Origin: Vicugna vicugna
Taxonomy: Eukaryota
Direction of reading: 5' to 3'
Assembly (NCBI GenBank): GCA_013265495.1
Contig: MU058213.1
Location: 3,534,001 to 3,598,000 of the forward strand
DNA: 64,000 nucleotides
A program made the translations under genes and the position numbers. Positions within the stretch are counted from its first letter, which is position 1. Each line of letters starts with the position of its first letter. Below are positions 38,521-52,922 of the stretch, piece by piece. Below the pieces are notes generated by a model. It was not told where the DNA came from. It was given only the letters and a program-made list of their open reading frames with translations, and searched no databases.

Positions 38521-39249
38521 CTAAAATGCAAAAATTTATATTTTATTTTCATGTAACTTATAACTTATTTAAGACTTTAAATATATATACCAAATAAGGT
38601 AATCAGGACATTAAAATTAATCAGAAGAATCTTTTTCAGGAGTTAATTTGATTAAAAGTTATAGAAAAGAAAATGAAAACCATATTATTTTTTGTAATGA
38701 CTTGATGATCTACAAAAAAAAGCCAAAAAAACTATAGTCAAATCATCACAGTAAGTATGAGTTTATCACTGCTTCCAAAAGAATCTAAAGCCAAATTATT
38801 GGAACTGATATGAATTTATCATTGTTGCTCTGTACATGAACAACACAAGATTAAGAGCTCATTTGTAATAACTATTTAGACAAGTAATTATTTTTAAAAT
38901 CCCACTCACTAAACCATATATTAAATAAAACTATAATGTATTAATATTGTAGCATATGAAACATTAAATTTCTGGGCATAATAATACTATTATGAGGTTT
39001 TATATAAGAATATCTTACTTTTAAGGGCTACATATTGAAGTATTTAAGGCTAAAGTATGATAAAGTTGGCAACTTACTCTTAAATGGCTCAGCAAATAAA
39101 AATTTAAACATGAGGGTGTGTGTGTGTATAGAAAAAAGGGAAATTAGCAAAAAATTACCAATCCATCGATCTAGCTGATTAGGTGCTCATTATACTTTTA
39201 CTTACTGCTCCCTAAATTTAAAAATGTTCAAAATAAAAAGCTGGGTAAA

Positions 39250-40195
39250 AATACTATAAAACAGAATACATACTTCAATAATTAACAAGTAAGCAAAACT
39301 GTTAGATACAGAGACATAAAATTAATAAAAAATGTCAAAAAAACTTTATAAAGGATAAAATTTGTAAATTACTGAAGAAAATAAAGAAAACATATACAAA
39401 TGAAGAAATTTACTGTGTTCATGGATGGAACTATTTATTATCTACTTTCTCCAAAATAACTTATAAATTCAATACAATTTCAATTCCCCTCACTGAATTA
39501 TTTCATATATCTTAACAAATGATTCTAAAGTTCATAAGAGAGAGTGAAAATGAGTAAAGAACTAGACAATAATATTTGATCACTATCTTATACTATATAT
39601 AAAAACAAATTCCATTTGCATTAAATTCTAAAAGTGGAAAAGAAAACTCTCAAAATTTCATAAGCTATTTTAAAATCTTTTTATCACTGTAGTAGGAAAG
39701 GATTAAAAAAAAAAATACAAACCCTAGTGGAAAAAGTTGTTAGGTTTGACACTAAAATTATGTCTCTTTTGTATGAGAAAAGATGCCATGAGCAAAATGA
39801 AAAAACAAAGGGACAAATAGGGTGGAAATATCTAAAATACATACCACTGACAAATTATGATTAAAAGCCAATAAGTGAGATTTAAATAACAAAATACTAG
39901 AAATCACAGAGAATGGCCAATAAACACATGAAAAGATCCTCAATTTCACTAATATTAAGAGAGAACTCTAAAACACTGTTGGTGGGAATATAAACTAAAG
40001 AATCATTTTGAAGAGATATTTGTCAATATCTACTGAAGTTCTAAATCAATAACCCAGGAACTGCACTTTTAGATATATCCCCTAGATAAACTCTCACTCA
40101 TGTACACAAGGCCATAAGTGCAACAGCATTCACAGTAGCATTTATAAGATCAACAAATGTGAAATAAAGATTGCCCAACAGAGAGCAACCTGATT
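39250..40195 (+). mobile_element. Old L1ME-type fragment
   Basis: atggccaataaacacatgaaaagat, ctgttggtgggaatataaac. Confidence 0.65.
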
Positions 40196-40215
40196 CTGTT
40201 CTAAAATTATTCCAT

Positions 40216-40645
40216 CAGCCAGGTGAATAGATAAAGATGTAGTATGTATTATATACCATGGAATACTACTCAGCCGTTTAAAAGAATGAAATTTTGCCAT
40301 TTGCTGCAGTATGGATGGACCTGGAGGGCACATGCTAAGTGAAATAAGTCAAACAGAGAAAGACAAATGCTGTATGGTATCACTTATACATAGAACCTAA
40401 AAAATACAACAAACTAGTGAACAAAATAAAAAAGAAGGAGACTTACAAATATAGAGAACAAACCAGTGGTTACCAAGGGAGAGGGGCGGGGGAAATCATA
40501 GGAGTAGGGGAGTGGGGGGCATAAACTATTGGGTATAAGATAGGCTCAGTGATGTATTCTACAACATGGGGAATATAGGCAGTATTTTGTAATAACTGTA
40601 AATGGAGAGTAACCATTAAAAGCTGTATAAAATTTTTAAAAATAG
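40216..40645 (+). mobile_element. 5'-truncated L1 3' end
   Basis: atggaatactactcagcc...atggatggacctggaggg; perfect 14-bp TSD taaaattattccat (40202-40215, 40646-40659). Confidence 0.9.
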
Positions 40646-41276
40646 TAAAATTATTCCATTAACAAGTAGTAGATCGTATTCCTTTCTGAGGAGAGGTCTG
40701 GGTAGGGGAAATATACGTATCATAGGGTATTGATCGCAATCTTCTTCCATTTCTAAATACTTAGAACCTCCCTTGTTTCTGGAGGTTTCAATGAAATATG
40801 ATAACAGAAATATTCTATGAGCTCCAAAGCCCAGATGACAAATTCAGATAACACAAAAATTCTTGACTAGTGATGCCAGATAAAATACAACTTTCCACCA
40901 TCACCAAATATAATTAAATACATTGCTGATCTTGCAAGAAAGAAGGGAAATCCTCAAATATCAAATAAAAATAGATTTGAAAATCAGAGAGGAAAACATA
41001 TGCTGAAATTTCAGTTTTCTACAGGGATTGATTCCCCAAAATCTGAAGAGATTTATGAAACTACCATTTTTTCCTGGAAAGTCACTGAATAATCAGGCCA
41101 ATTAAAATACACTATTGGCCGTAACAGCCAAATTCTCCTATATCAGTTGACTGGGAAGAGGCTATACTTTATTAAGTAGGTACTAATCTCCAAAACTGAT
41201 TCTGAAAATTAGAAATCTTCTCTGTGATGACTTCATAAACAAATACAAACTTTTTCAAGTGGTAAAGCATAATCAA

Positions 41277-41415
41277 AAGGGAACTATATTCAGTATCTTC
41301 TAGTAACCTATAATAAATACGAATATGAAAACAAATATATGTATGACTGAAACATCATGCTGTACACCAGAAACTGACACACAATAAACTGACTATACTT
41401 CAATTAAAAAAAATA
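41277..41415 (+). mobile_element. Younger lineage L1 3' end
   Basis: agggaactatattcagtatctt...gctgtacaccagaaactgacac...cttcaattaaaaaaa. Confidence 0.82.
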
Positions 41416-43675
41416 CAATAAAAGTTGTTATCATAAAAACAAAAGTGCCCTCAGCAACTAATGTTATTTGATAACCTTCTTTCTAAGTGCAGACAAGTGT
41501 TTATAATTTGTACATGACCTTAGCTGAGGAAAGAAATTATTATACTCTTCTAAAAGAGTTAATCCATAATTGTGACGCTCCTGATTTAAAAACCATCCAC
41601 ACTACTATACTCCACTGCAACTATCCCCTAGAAGTCTCCTGGAGGAAAAGGCAACAGGCATTAATTAAAAACAATTTCAGGGACTAGCTTACTCAAAGGC
41701 ACAGACATTTAACTTCTAAGCCTTATCCTTACATTTTCCACCACAAAAATGAGAATGATTTACTTTAGATGCTGTGGTTACATGATGTAAACTTACACTG
41801 ATTTAAGAGTCTTTCAGAAAATTAAGTAAGAAATGCCACTTATTTTCATATTTGCATTCATTTAGCTTCATTTTGTAAATTTATGCTAGAAAATTGTCCA
41901 AACTGGTCCCTTCAACCACATGTATAAACAGAGATCGTATCTCACATCATCTTTGAAAATGATGGAGAACATTAATACTGCAACTAGAGACAGCTCTTCA
42001 GTAATTTCAGAATCCTGATGCTAAAAGTACTATTAACAGAAATCTGAGGAGTACTTAGTGAGTCAAAAAGAAACAAAAAATTAAACATCTTTTCCTTAAT
42101 CAAAACGGAGACATTATCCTCAAACAGACCAGAGCTCTGTACTAAAGCTGGAACTTTCTCCTTCCACTCCTAAGAGAGCTTTGTTGGGTTTTGAAAGTGA
42201 AATGGAAAGGTTGTAAATTGTAGGCCAAGCTGTGTGGCTTTTCTCTATGACAGGGAGAAACACAATGGTAATGTGTTATCTATGCAGGCGGCTTCAGTAA
42301 TTAAAAGCTGCTTTCCAAGGGCTGAAATTTTCTCTACAATTCATGAAAAGAGCTACTAACTGCTCCTTAATCTTTTGTCAACTCCACCCCTTAAAAAACC
42401 AGAAATAGGAAAGGCAGAGCTTTAAGTCTTTCTACCTCTCACAGGTCTTGGGAGAATTTCTGTTACTCCTTTCATCCTTCTCCCCTCCTTCCATTGCCCA
42501 CCCCACTAGTCTACTTTTTTAAAAAGATATATCCTGTGTTTACTTCCCTCTGAGTTTTTATACTTGATCCCCTCTGCCTGGTGTATTCTTCCCCATCCCC
42601 TACCCCTTCAGTGTAAAGTCCTACATTGTCTGAGCAGATTCCTTAGAAATCATTAAAAATATAATTATTAATATTATTTATTGACAGAAAGTAATTATAA
42701 TGTTAATTGAAAAAATCAGGATACAGAATGACATCTATTCTGTGATAATTCTGTAAAACAGGCATGCAGATGGATAAAGACTGGAAAGAAATATGGAACA
42801 AAGAAAATAGCTACTCAATAATGAGATGATGAAGGTTTTGTTTTACTTCTTAAACTTTTTACAAAGTAAAATTTTTTTCATAAAAAAAGTTCTGTCCTTT
42901 CTTCAAAGTCCAAATGCCATCTTTTCTAAAAGTCTTGACTCATGTCAAACCCCTTCTCTTTGCAAGAGACTCAATCATGTAGCATCAACTACCTGCTATC
43001 TTGAATCTGAGGCAATAAGCTAGATGCTTTTCTCCACTATTAAAATTGTGAGATTTTTGAAGCCCAAGAAACATCTTTTTGTTATCTTTGTATCTTCTAT
43101 AGGAACCAGCAGAATAGCTGGGACACAATAGGGGCTGATAAATTCTTGATTAACAACACTTTTCTGAAGTAGCTGCAAGTAGGAATAAGGTACCAAATTA
43201 AAAGTGAGGGAAAGTCTGCACAAACAGTGAGCCCTCAGCCCCCTTCCCTACTTAGGTCCAAAAGAACTGGCTGCCTGACCTACACCCACCAAACAAAAGA
43301 TCAGAAGACTTCTTTCTGAGGATACTGAGGGGGGCAGGGGGGCAAATACTCAATGTGAGAATCCCACAAAGAAATGGGAGGTTCAGATCATCCTACTGTG
43401 AAATACTCTAGTCAACAGTACTGCCCACTCATACAGAGGGCATATGTCAGCCAATGAGGGGAAAATTGGGAAAAAGAAGACAAGAAATTAAGGAAACAGT
43501 GGATCCAACACAGAAAAGCGATCCAGAGAATTCTCACAATGATGGCAAGTGGAATCCTGCAGATAACGCCTATCCAACAGGTGTAGCGTGCAGGCAGTTC
43601 ATACGGAATGTAATGTAGCAGAGGCTATCTCCAACAAGTATGCAGAGAAGGGACTGGATAGCATTCATTATATAT

Positions 43676-43678
<3 letters not shown>

Positions 43679-43713
<35 letters not shown>
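43679..43713. repeat. (GT)17 microsatellite
   Basis: Read directly from sequence. Confidence 0.97.
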
Positions 43714-43715
<2 letters not shown>

Positions 43716-44256
43716 AGCAAGCATACACGCATGCATAGAAACACACTGAGTAGTTTCAAAGCTCTTTCAATTTGCAATTTAATTTGTGATAGCTATATGG
43801 AAAACGAAAGCAAACAATAAATGGTAAATAATCATAAATATGGTATGATGGTTCAGATGTGAATAATAGTGTAATTACAAAGTGCAATAATATAAATACT
43901 AAATACTTAAAAAAATTGCTAGGGTGGGAGGAAGGGATGCATTTTTAAAAAAATTTTTTTAAGCAATAAATGCTATATAACTTAAGATAACCATATCTTC
44001 CAAATTAATACTGGAACCTAAGGTTTGATGGCAGTTTTCTTCCTCTGGTGTGTAAATTTACCTGAAACGTTTTACAAAAACATAAATGTTAGATCACCTT
44101 TACTGAAAACTAAACGAAATCAGAGCCACCCTAGTAAAGGTGGAGTATATATATGATTGCTATGTATTTGCTATGGATGGTCAAAATTCCTCTGGAGTTT
44201 CCGCAGGAATAACCACAATACATTAAAATACCCAGAATTCTTAGATATAGGAGAGA

Positions 44257-44520
44257 GTAGTGATTCTCAAAGTCTATTCCCTGAACCAGCAGTATGAGCA
44301 TCACATGGGAATTTGTTAGAAACTCAAATTTTCAGGCCCTGAACCTACTGCATCAGACACTCTGTGGTGGGGACAGCTTTAGACCCTTGGAAAGAGATGG
44401 AAAATGGTCTTCAGCCGAGAGGTTACTAAATGTCCTCTAAAGCTCTAGCACTTCTGAAAACAGTCTGATTTAACAAACTCTCCAGGTAATTGTGAAGGAT
44501 ACTAAAATTTAGAACCACAG
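44257..44520. mobile_element. MER5A-like MITE with internal insert
   Basis: gtgattctcaaagt...ttgttagaaa...cctactgcatcagacactctg ... ttttaacaa...agaaccacag. Confidence 0.75.
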
Positions 44521-44764
44521 GAAAAGAGTGTGAGTATAAGGAAGGGAAGTGCTGTAGTTAATTAGTGCAGATGCAAGAGTATTCCTCATTTTAAAACTGC
44601 AACTTTTTTATTCAGTCAGTACAACAAAACTTCCAAAAAAGCAACTCATCATTACCTTACATTTTAACACTACCTTTAAATATGGCAGCACCATATATAT
44701 GCTTATTTATACACAAAATATCTCTGAAAGGAAACACATCAAGTTGATATCCTGTATTTGTCGA

Positions 44765-45235
44765 AAACATAATTTCCACAAAAAAGATCTGTAGATGAAT
44801 GTTCATAGTAGGTTTCTTTATAACTGCCCAAACCTGGAAACAACTGAAGTGCCCATCAAAAGGAGAAATGGATAAACATCTGGAAAATTGCAACAATGGA
44901 ATACGACTCAGCAATAAAAAGAATGAGCTACTGATATAAACAACCACATGACTACTTTGAAAAACATTATATTAAACAAAAGAAGTCAGACACAAAAAAG
45001 TACATACTGTATGATTTCACTTATATAAAGTTCCAGAACTGGAAAAATGAATCCATGGCAATTTAAAAAGTTGCCTAGGAAGACTGAAGGAGGAGAGGCG
45101 AGTGGAAGAGGACCCAAGGAAACACTCCGGAGTAATGGAAATAGGCTGTATCTTAATTGGGTTGTTAGCTATAGATTTTGTTGAAAACCACTGTACATCA
45201 AATTGTACATTAAGATCTGTGCAATTCACTAACTG
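44765..45235 (+). mobile_element. L1M 3' fragment
   Basis: cccaaacctggaaacaac...aaagaagtcagacacaaaaaagtacatactgtatgatt. Confidence 0.8.
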
Positions 45236-45495
45236 TACTCCTTCCTCCTTCTGTCTGGAAAAAAAGTGAAATAAAGATATTTTCAGACAAAAACAAAAAC
45301 CAGCAAAGTTTATTACCAGGAAACAGTCACTGAAAGAAATTCTACAGAATGTACTTCAGGCAGAGAAAAGGTCATCCCAGATGGAAAGCCAGAGATGCAG
45401 GAAGAAATGAAGATAAAACATGCAAAGAAAATGTTAAATACATGAGGGAAAAAATTTATGAAAAAAATAGTAACAATGTTAATGATGAGGATGAT

Positions 45496-45608
<113 letters not shown>

Positions 45609-45629
45609 AGGCTCATGTAGGCATTTAGG

Positions 45630-46115
45630 GAGTTTCCCTTCCACTTGGGATCCAATTCAAAATCCTTAATAAACAGCCTTCAGGCCCCACCTGACCAGAT
45701 TCTGCTTTCCTTTCCTCTCCAGATTCTTTTCCTGACACCAACCGTCTTTCTCCAACACTGGAGCCTTCTCTGTGTTCTTGTCCATTTCATCTCTTGCACA
45801 CAGTTCTATTTACCTGGAAGGCTTTCTTGCCCTCCTAGGTAACTTCTATTCATCTTTATGTCCTCAGCCTTTCCTCACACTCTCTCCCTTCCTCCATACA
45901 AGATTAATTCACTTTCTTCTGTTAAATACTTTCATCTTATACTCCTTTTCCTTCATAACATTTATAACAACATTAGTGTGTGATTATATATTTAATGTTC
46001 CTCTCTCCCTCCAGGCTATAAATTCAGTAAAATCTGTTGTCCACCACTATAACCTCATGGCCTGACTCAAGTGCCTTACACATAGCAGGTGTTCAACAAA
46101 TATTTGTTAAGCAAA
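45630..46115 (+). mobile_element. L2 fragment
   Basis: Ends gtgccttacacatagcaggtgttcaacaaatatttgtt. Confidence 0.65.
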
Positions 46116-46324
46116 TACAGAATTCAGGCACTTCGGAGGTCCACCTAAAAGTTCTAACAAAAATAGGCAGAAGATATGGAAGAACGTAAGACCAGTTACA
46201 AATGAATTCTGCACATGCTCCATTCATCATCTTCCTGAGAAAAAAAAACTATTCTGTTCAATTCTTTTACTTGAGCAACTATTTGCGGCAGGGCAATGGA
46301 AAGACCATACCTTTGGTACTAAAG

Positions 46325-46500
46325 GGTTCTGGGTTTCAATTCCAGATACACTACCTTCTGGGAGTAAGTCCCTGAGCAATCTCAGATTTCCTATCCATAA
46401 AATGGGGATAATACCAACTGCTTTTGCAAAACTGTTGTGACAATTACAGCTAAAGTATGAGAACACAGAACCTGGAACCCAGCAAATAGCAAGCATTCGG
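46325..46500 (+). mobile_element. MIR
   Basis: ctcagatttcctatccataaaatggggataatacc core. Confidence 0.75.
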
Positions 46501-47479
46501 TTAAAGGCAGCTATGATGATATTTCAACTGACTCTTACTCTGAAGGAGGACATTTTCATTAAAGCATCTATATGCACTGACATGACTGTTTACGTTACTT
46601 TCTTCTTCATCCCAACATGTCTCACACGGGGAAAGCCAGACATCTGGGTCAGGTCACAAGGCTCTAATGTTGGGCTACAGACATTTATTCCACAAAACCC
46701 TTATCAAAACTTATTTCCATTTGTTTGTGCTGTGTCTTTCTCCCGGCATCTATCTGCCAACCTCCTACCCTCTCCACTTATTTATCCACTTAAAACTCTG
46801 ACAGGGTTGAGAAGGCAGCCAGACTAAATGGAAGCTTTGAGAAGGAAGAGATCAGTAACATCGAATCAGTAGAACAGTGGGTTTAGCAATTCAAATCAGC
46901 AATCTTACATGTCTCTAGGCACTGCAGAATATTCTTAATATCAGATACAGCCAGGAGATAGGAGCATCAGTTGATTTAAATACCCCACTCTGACAGATGT
47001 CACAAAATTATGCCAAATAATCTGTAAGTGACAGGGCCAGAATTTTAACCTAGGCAAATTCCACTTTCTATACCGCTGCTCACCCTGAATGATGTATTAT
47101 AAAGGTGCCTCCAAGATTCTATTCTTGTGTGATATATGAATTGCTAATAGTTAACCGTAAAAAAAAAATACTCCCTTCTCTTCTATTTTCTTCCTGGAGC
47201 AGAAGGGTCAATGGCTGGGCTACTTCAGGCAGAGTTTGTGGGGAGGGGGAGTCTCATGGAGGTGCATGGTCAGCGTGCTCACCAGCATGGAGCACTGAGG
47301 GAAGGGGGAGGTGCCATACACAGAGGCTTCAGTAGCATGCCCGCTGGCCTGGGACTCAGAGGACAGGGAGAGAGTGGTGCATGGAGATGCGACAGCAGTA
47401 CTCCCACTGGCACCCAAGGATGCAAGGAGCTGAAAGTAGGAAACAGAAGAGGCAAACAGAGGAGATACCTGCACGACTG

Positions 47480-48980
47480 GGAAAACAGTCACACCAAAAA
47501 CATAAGTACATGGATTGAGCAAATAAGCGAATATAAAGAGGATAATGAAAGTCAGAATTTTCATTGTTAGAGAAGAAAGAACCCTGATGTATTAGATCTG
47601 AATTGGAAACTTGGTATGAATTAATGATTTTCAAATATATGTATACAGATTGATACAGAAATAGCTATAGATTTATGTGTTCACTTATATATGTATATGT
47701 GTACAGTACACAAACACTTGTTAACTCTCTTTGCTAAAACCACTGAAGAGAAATGACATCCAGTAGCAATGAGCATACCATGCACCCTGATCTTGGCTTC
47801 CAAAAACCACTTCCTACTAAATGTAAACCATGTTCCTAGGAGAAATGGCTGATTCCAGACAGTGCTGGCCCAGGCAAAATACAAGAGGAGCATCTTCCGC
47901 CTGAAAAGTAATAAGGAATTTCAAAGAATGATGAAGACCTGTCCCAAGAACACAGGAACCTCCCTGAAAGGGCTTCCACTGGTCAAACTGAGATAATTTG
48001 AACCATAAAATATTCAATGATAGCAATTAATTACAACTTACTGAATGAGGTGGGACTGCACAAGTCTGATATAACTAAACAAATGGACAAACAAATGGAA
48101 GAGAAAGGGAAGGCTCTTACACAGAATGCCAAGATGGAAGTAAAAGACAGTAGCATTTGATTCAGGTGGAAGTCATCAGTGGACACTAAAGCTGGTGGAT
48201 GGAGAGCTGATGAATGAGAGGACACTGGCATAATCTCTGACTATGTCCCCACCAAATATAAAGGGAAAATGGTGACATTACCAAGAAGAAACCTGGCAGA
48301 CACCAAAATTACCAGGCAATCAAGGTTATAGTCCATGGTGATGAGACAAGCCAAAATTCTGTACCCCCAGATGTGACATACTGAGAAGAACACAGCACCA
48401 TCCCCATGATTCCCACTCAAAAAAGTGTGGCCTTGACATGATCATGAGGAAATAGGAAACAGATCCAGGCTGAGTAACATCTTACAGGTTGTACAGCCTG
48501 GACTCCTTAAAACTGCCAAAGATAAGAAAGACTGAGGAGCTGACACGGATGAGAAAAGACTGAAAAGACATGACAAGTACATGCGATGTGTGCTCCCTCC
48601 TAGATGGGATCTTGGACAGGAAAGGAAAAAGGGAAATTATCAGAACACTTGTCAAAAACTGAATGGGACGTCTGGATTGGATGGTAAGTGTTCCAACAAT
48701 GTTGATTTCCTGGCTTAGAGGGTTGGATGGCTGTTATGTATAAAAGTCTTCTTGCTTTTGAAAAATAGACACTAGAGTATTCAGTGGCGATGGGGAATCA
48801 TGTCTGCAGTTTGCCCTCAAATGGTTCAAAAAAAAGACCAATGAAAATGGCAAAAAGGGTTACAGACCAATTGTGAAATATCAACAGGTGAAGAACCTGC
48901 TTCAGAGGCTTTGGCGTTCTTTGTGTTGTACTTCCAATTTTTCTGTTCATTTAAAATGATGAAAAAGCAAATTATTAAAA
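47480..48980 (+). mobile_element. L1MC-type 3' region
   Basis: ggagaaatggctgattcc, aagaagaaacctggcagacacc, catgatcatgaggaaa motifs. Confidence 0.7.
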
Positions 48981-49394
48981 ATGAACTATATTTATCTACT
49001 TCTTTGTTCCCATGGAAACCCGCGAAAAATACTTCAGAATGCTGCTGGAATCAGAGAGTTGCAGAAAAGCAGTGATGGCAAAAACAACACGTGAAAGACT
49101 GGGTCAGATACAGATGCAGCTGCTGTGCACACTGTGCTTCTCCTTTGAGCGCAGTGAACAGAGGTTTGGGAACTTTGTTCCCAGGTTCGGTATGATGCCA
49201 GGGCAGGCAGGGTCTGCTTCCCCTTGGTGTTAGTGGGTCTAGAAGCATCAGAATATGCACTTCCCAGTTACCCTGCTGTTTACGCATTGTTGCAGCTGTC
49301 ACCATCAGAGGCATCCATTCTTCTGTATGTGCAAATTGTACTGTCAGACCGGCAGTGGAGACTCAACCCTTTCCTCTTTATTTCCTTCCTTCTT

Positions 49395-49900
49395 TCCCAG
49401 GTTTCAGTTGTAGGAAACAGAAATGACTCCAGATGGTTAAAGAGGAAAGGAGCTCATATAGGGAATTAGGTGCTTCCAAAATCATTAGACAAGCTGGAGG
49501 GGCAGGCTGTAGGCTGTAGGGTGTGCCTCCAGAGGACCTAGAACACCTCAGAACTGGCCTACCCTGGAAGCTGCCACCTGTGCCCAAGGCAGAAAGGTAG
49601 GGAATCAGGACAGAGCCACCACCAGATCTGTTGACTTTAACAACATACCCAATCTCGACACCAGAAAGCTGCCACCACCACTACTTCTGTAACTTCCTAT
49701 CCATACTCGTAAGACAAGTTACCAGATACTGAAACACTTGTGCAGAAAAACTCAATGTCTACATGACCAAACTTGCCAACAGGAAAAGAACAAGAAAAAA
49801 AAAAAAGAACTTCCGCCCCATTTCATTTCCACCTTCCCTCAACTAGGCACACCTAACTGGGAAACCTATTCCATACCCCCTTTCCAGAATTTTAAGTGCA
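49395..49900 (-). mobile_element. Degenerate MaLR (MLT1) LTR
   Basis: tttcagttgtaggaaacagaaatgactc resembles an old MLT1 reverse end. Confidence 0.45.
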
Positions 49901-52689
49901 AAAGAATTTGGGAAACAAGGTGCTTCTACCCTGTATCTACTACACTCTTCGTCACAGATGAGTGAGAGTTATCCTCTACTGTTGATCCCAATAGGCTGGC
50001 AGAGCAAATTTGGTACAAATTATAGCATATCACTCGCTCAGTTTGTTTGCTTTAATGGCAAAATTCTGTATGTAGAGCCAGGATCATGTCTCCTGAAAGA
50101 CACGTGTATGTGGACAAAGAGCAAAAACTCACTGATAAGTGACAGAGAGGTATGACAACCTAAATTTCTGCATACTTCAATACTAGTGTGTTCCCACAGT
50201 GTGACTCAGAGGCTATTCAGCACATACTGGTTAAATTACAATTCTCTCACCATCTTCTATCCCACGTCTATTCATTTTCTTCCTTGTTTCAGTTTCAAAT
50301 TTAAAATAAGAATCATCATTTCTTGCTGTAATAGAAGAGCTATCTCACTTTCAGTCAATAGCAAAAGGCTGCCTCATCTCAGACTAGTCTGTGATAGAAA
50401 ATGACACAGCTGCAATGTTTTTCCTCTTTAAAAAAGGTAGGGAGGGCGGCTTTTCTAAGCCCTCTTTTACTTCTGTGATGGACCAGAAAATTAATGGCCA
50501 GGGATAGTGATGAGATGGCAATCTCTACCAGGAAACAAGTGATTTTTGTCTTTCCCACGAGACTATGAGCCCCTCACAAAACAGGCGGACGCCGTTTTTC
50601 TCTCTCTGTGTCCCTGGTCCCCTAGCATACTGCATGACACAGAACAGACACCTAAAAAACGTCAGTTGATGATGAATAGCCCAAATTACAATGGAAGAAG
50701 TGGAAGACGACACTTCATCATTCCGGCTCTTATCTTTCTATCTCACTCTCTTCCTCAGCGTGGACAAACGGAACAGAGGGAACTGGAAGGAAATTCGAGT
50801 CATGAGACTGACACCTGGGACCCCCATCCCAGAGAGGGCCCCACTCTGGGACATTGCCCAGAAGTACAAATCCTTCAGCCAGTTCCGGAAAATCTCAGTT
50901 TAAAGGGTGGAGTTTCTGGCCTGTAGCCCCAGTTGCTTACTGACCACCCACCGGCTGCCACGATTCGTTTTATCTCAGCTGGGCAGAGGAGTGATGTGAG
51001 AAGCAGATAACTGAAAATACAGATTTGTACCAAGAGAGGGACAGGTAGTGAATGATACCTCTGGCAAGATGCTGTCTATGATCAATCGGCTCTGCTGGAA
51101 AGGAGTAAGACTGGAAATGTGGAACAGCAGAGCCCACCTCTGAGTAGCAACAACAGGGAAAGAAAGTCCAAGGCCAGCCTCATCCGGTTGGATGTCAGCT
51201 TGAGATGATCGGCATCGGACAGCTTACTGCAGCAAGCAGGGAGACCAGGCTGGTAAGAAGAAAGCTCTCATAGGTTCAACACCCCATTCTTTTCCTCCAA
51301 TCGCTTCCACAGAACAATAATGGGACAGGAGCTAGAATATTATCTTTAGCCATCACTCTGACTCTTGTTTCTGAGGGACTGCCACCACTCTCCACCACCA
51401 CTTTTCTTCTCTTCTGGTAGCAACCACTAAGAAATTAAATTCTAATTGCATCACATAATCATTCCCAAAATACTCTGAGATAACGTGCCTGCATCAACAA
51501 GTTGCCCGCTGTTTATAAGCCAAGAACTCTCAAGAGAAATGTGAGACACTTTGTAAGACATTTGAAGATACCAAATTACTAAGAGAAGGCACTATTACAA
51601 CATTGTTAGAAAATTTAAGCAATCAATCTAAATTAGGCTGAAGGATTTACAGTTAATTGGGTCTAATCTTGATAACAGGTACACTTGACAGCTTAATCAA
51701 TCAACAAGAATGCTTACATTTTCCCCACAAACTGAACGAGTCTCTGTTAGACTCGATAGCCATTTCATCTCCCACCCATTCCCATTTTTGAGACAATCAT
51801 CAAGAACACAGGGAAGCCACATCTCATTTAAACTGGAACTGCTCTTCCCAAATGGCCCTATTTTAATAAGCGTAAGGCATAATAACCAGAATAAGTTGGT
51901 CAGATGAGAAGAGACAGTTTTGCCTTCTCAAATCACAGAAGTTAACTTTGACTGAAGAGCTGTGAGAAGTTCATAAAGGTGTTTACGCTCTTTTGGCTTA
52001 ATTTTGTAAATATGAAGACCAGTGAAACATAGCGTGAACTTTCCACACTTGACACTTGTTGCTAAATTGAAGATTTAAAAAAATCGGTCTGATTGCCCAC
52101 CCCCGTCTCCTGGTAGGGAGTTAAAAAGGATTTCAGATGAAAGAAAAAAACCCAAACAGCTAATGACAATGCACTTGGAAGTCTTCAGGTCAAAGTTCAG
52201 AAAGTTAAGCCCAACGGGCCCCGGCCAGAGCAGGCTAATCAGCAGCCGGGATGCCAAGCTCCAGGGAAAGTCGCCCCACCCCACCCCCGGAGCTCACGCA
52301 CACTTGGCGGGGGGTGGCAGGAAGGGGCCGGCGGGCTGCTGCGCGAGCCCCCGCGCACTCACGCCGCCGGCTGCCTAGCCCCCCGCCTCATCACTTCCTG
52401 AGGGGAGCTGACAAGGAAGGCGGCGGCTTCAGGGAGGAGAGGGGTGTGGAGTCCACAGGCTCGCGAAGAAAACGGGGCTCCCTAAAGCAACCGCCCCCTC
52501 CCCGCCAGCCCGCGCGCGCCGGGCTGCCCCCGAGGTCCCCACGATCCCTGGCGCGCTCCCGGGGCTCGCGCAGAGGGAGGAGGGCGCTGACAGCCCACCC
52601 TCCGGCCGCCGCCGCCTCCTCAGGTCCGACTGATGGGCAGCGCGATGGGAAGCCCGCCCCGCAACCCCGCGGCCCCGCGACCCCCGCAC

Positions 52690-52734
52690 CTCGTCCTCCG
52701 GGAGCCCGAACACCTCCACCGCGCAAGTTGCCAT
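52690..52734 (-). CDS. NEDD4: NEDD4 coding exon 1 (MATCAVEVFGLPEDE)
   Basis: ATG in good context (ggaaATGG), 45 nt, donor GAG|GTGCGG, inside a CpG island. Confidence 0.96.
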
Positions 52735-52906
52735 TTCCGAATGGTTCCAACAAACCGGACGCGCTCGCCCCCACCCAGAGTGGGAACTGCGGTGAGGAGG
52801 AGGAGGAGAGGGCGGAGGCGGGAGGAGTTGGAGGAAGAGGGGGCGGCGCTCCCCGGGCCGCAGCAGCGCCCCCGGCGGCCAGCCGGCGCTAGTGGCGCGA
52901 GGGAGC

Positions 52907-52922
52907 GGGGCGGGGCGGGGCG
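52907..52922. promoter_or_regulatory. Tandem GC boxes (Sp/KLF)
   Basis: ggggcggggcggggcg about 175 nt upstream of the ATG. Confidence 0.7.

Noticed and set aside
50546..50926. 126-aa plus-strand ORF in mildly CpG-retaining intron 1 sequence
   Set aside because: Non-ATG start and no recognisable homology; may be regulatory island shore, but evidence is too weak.
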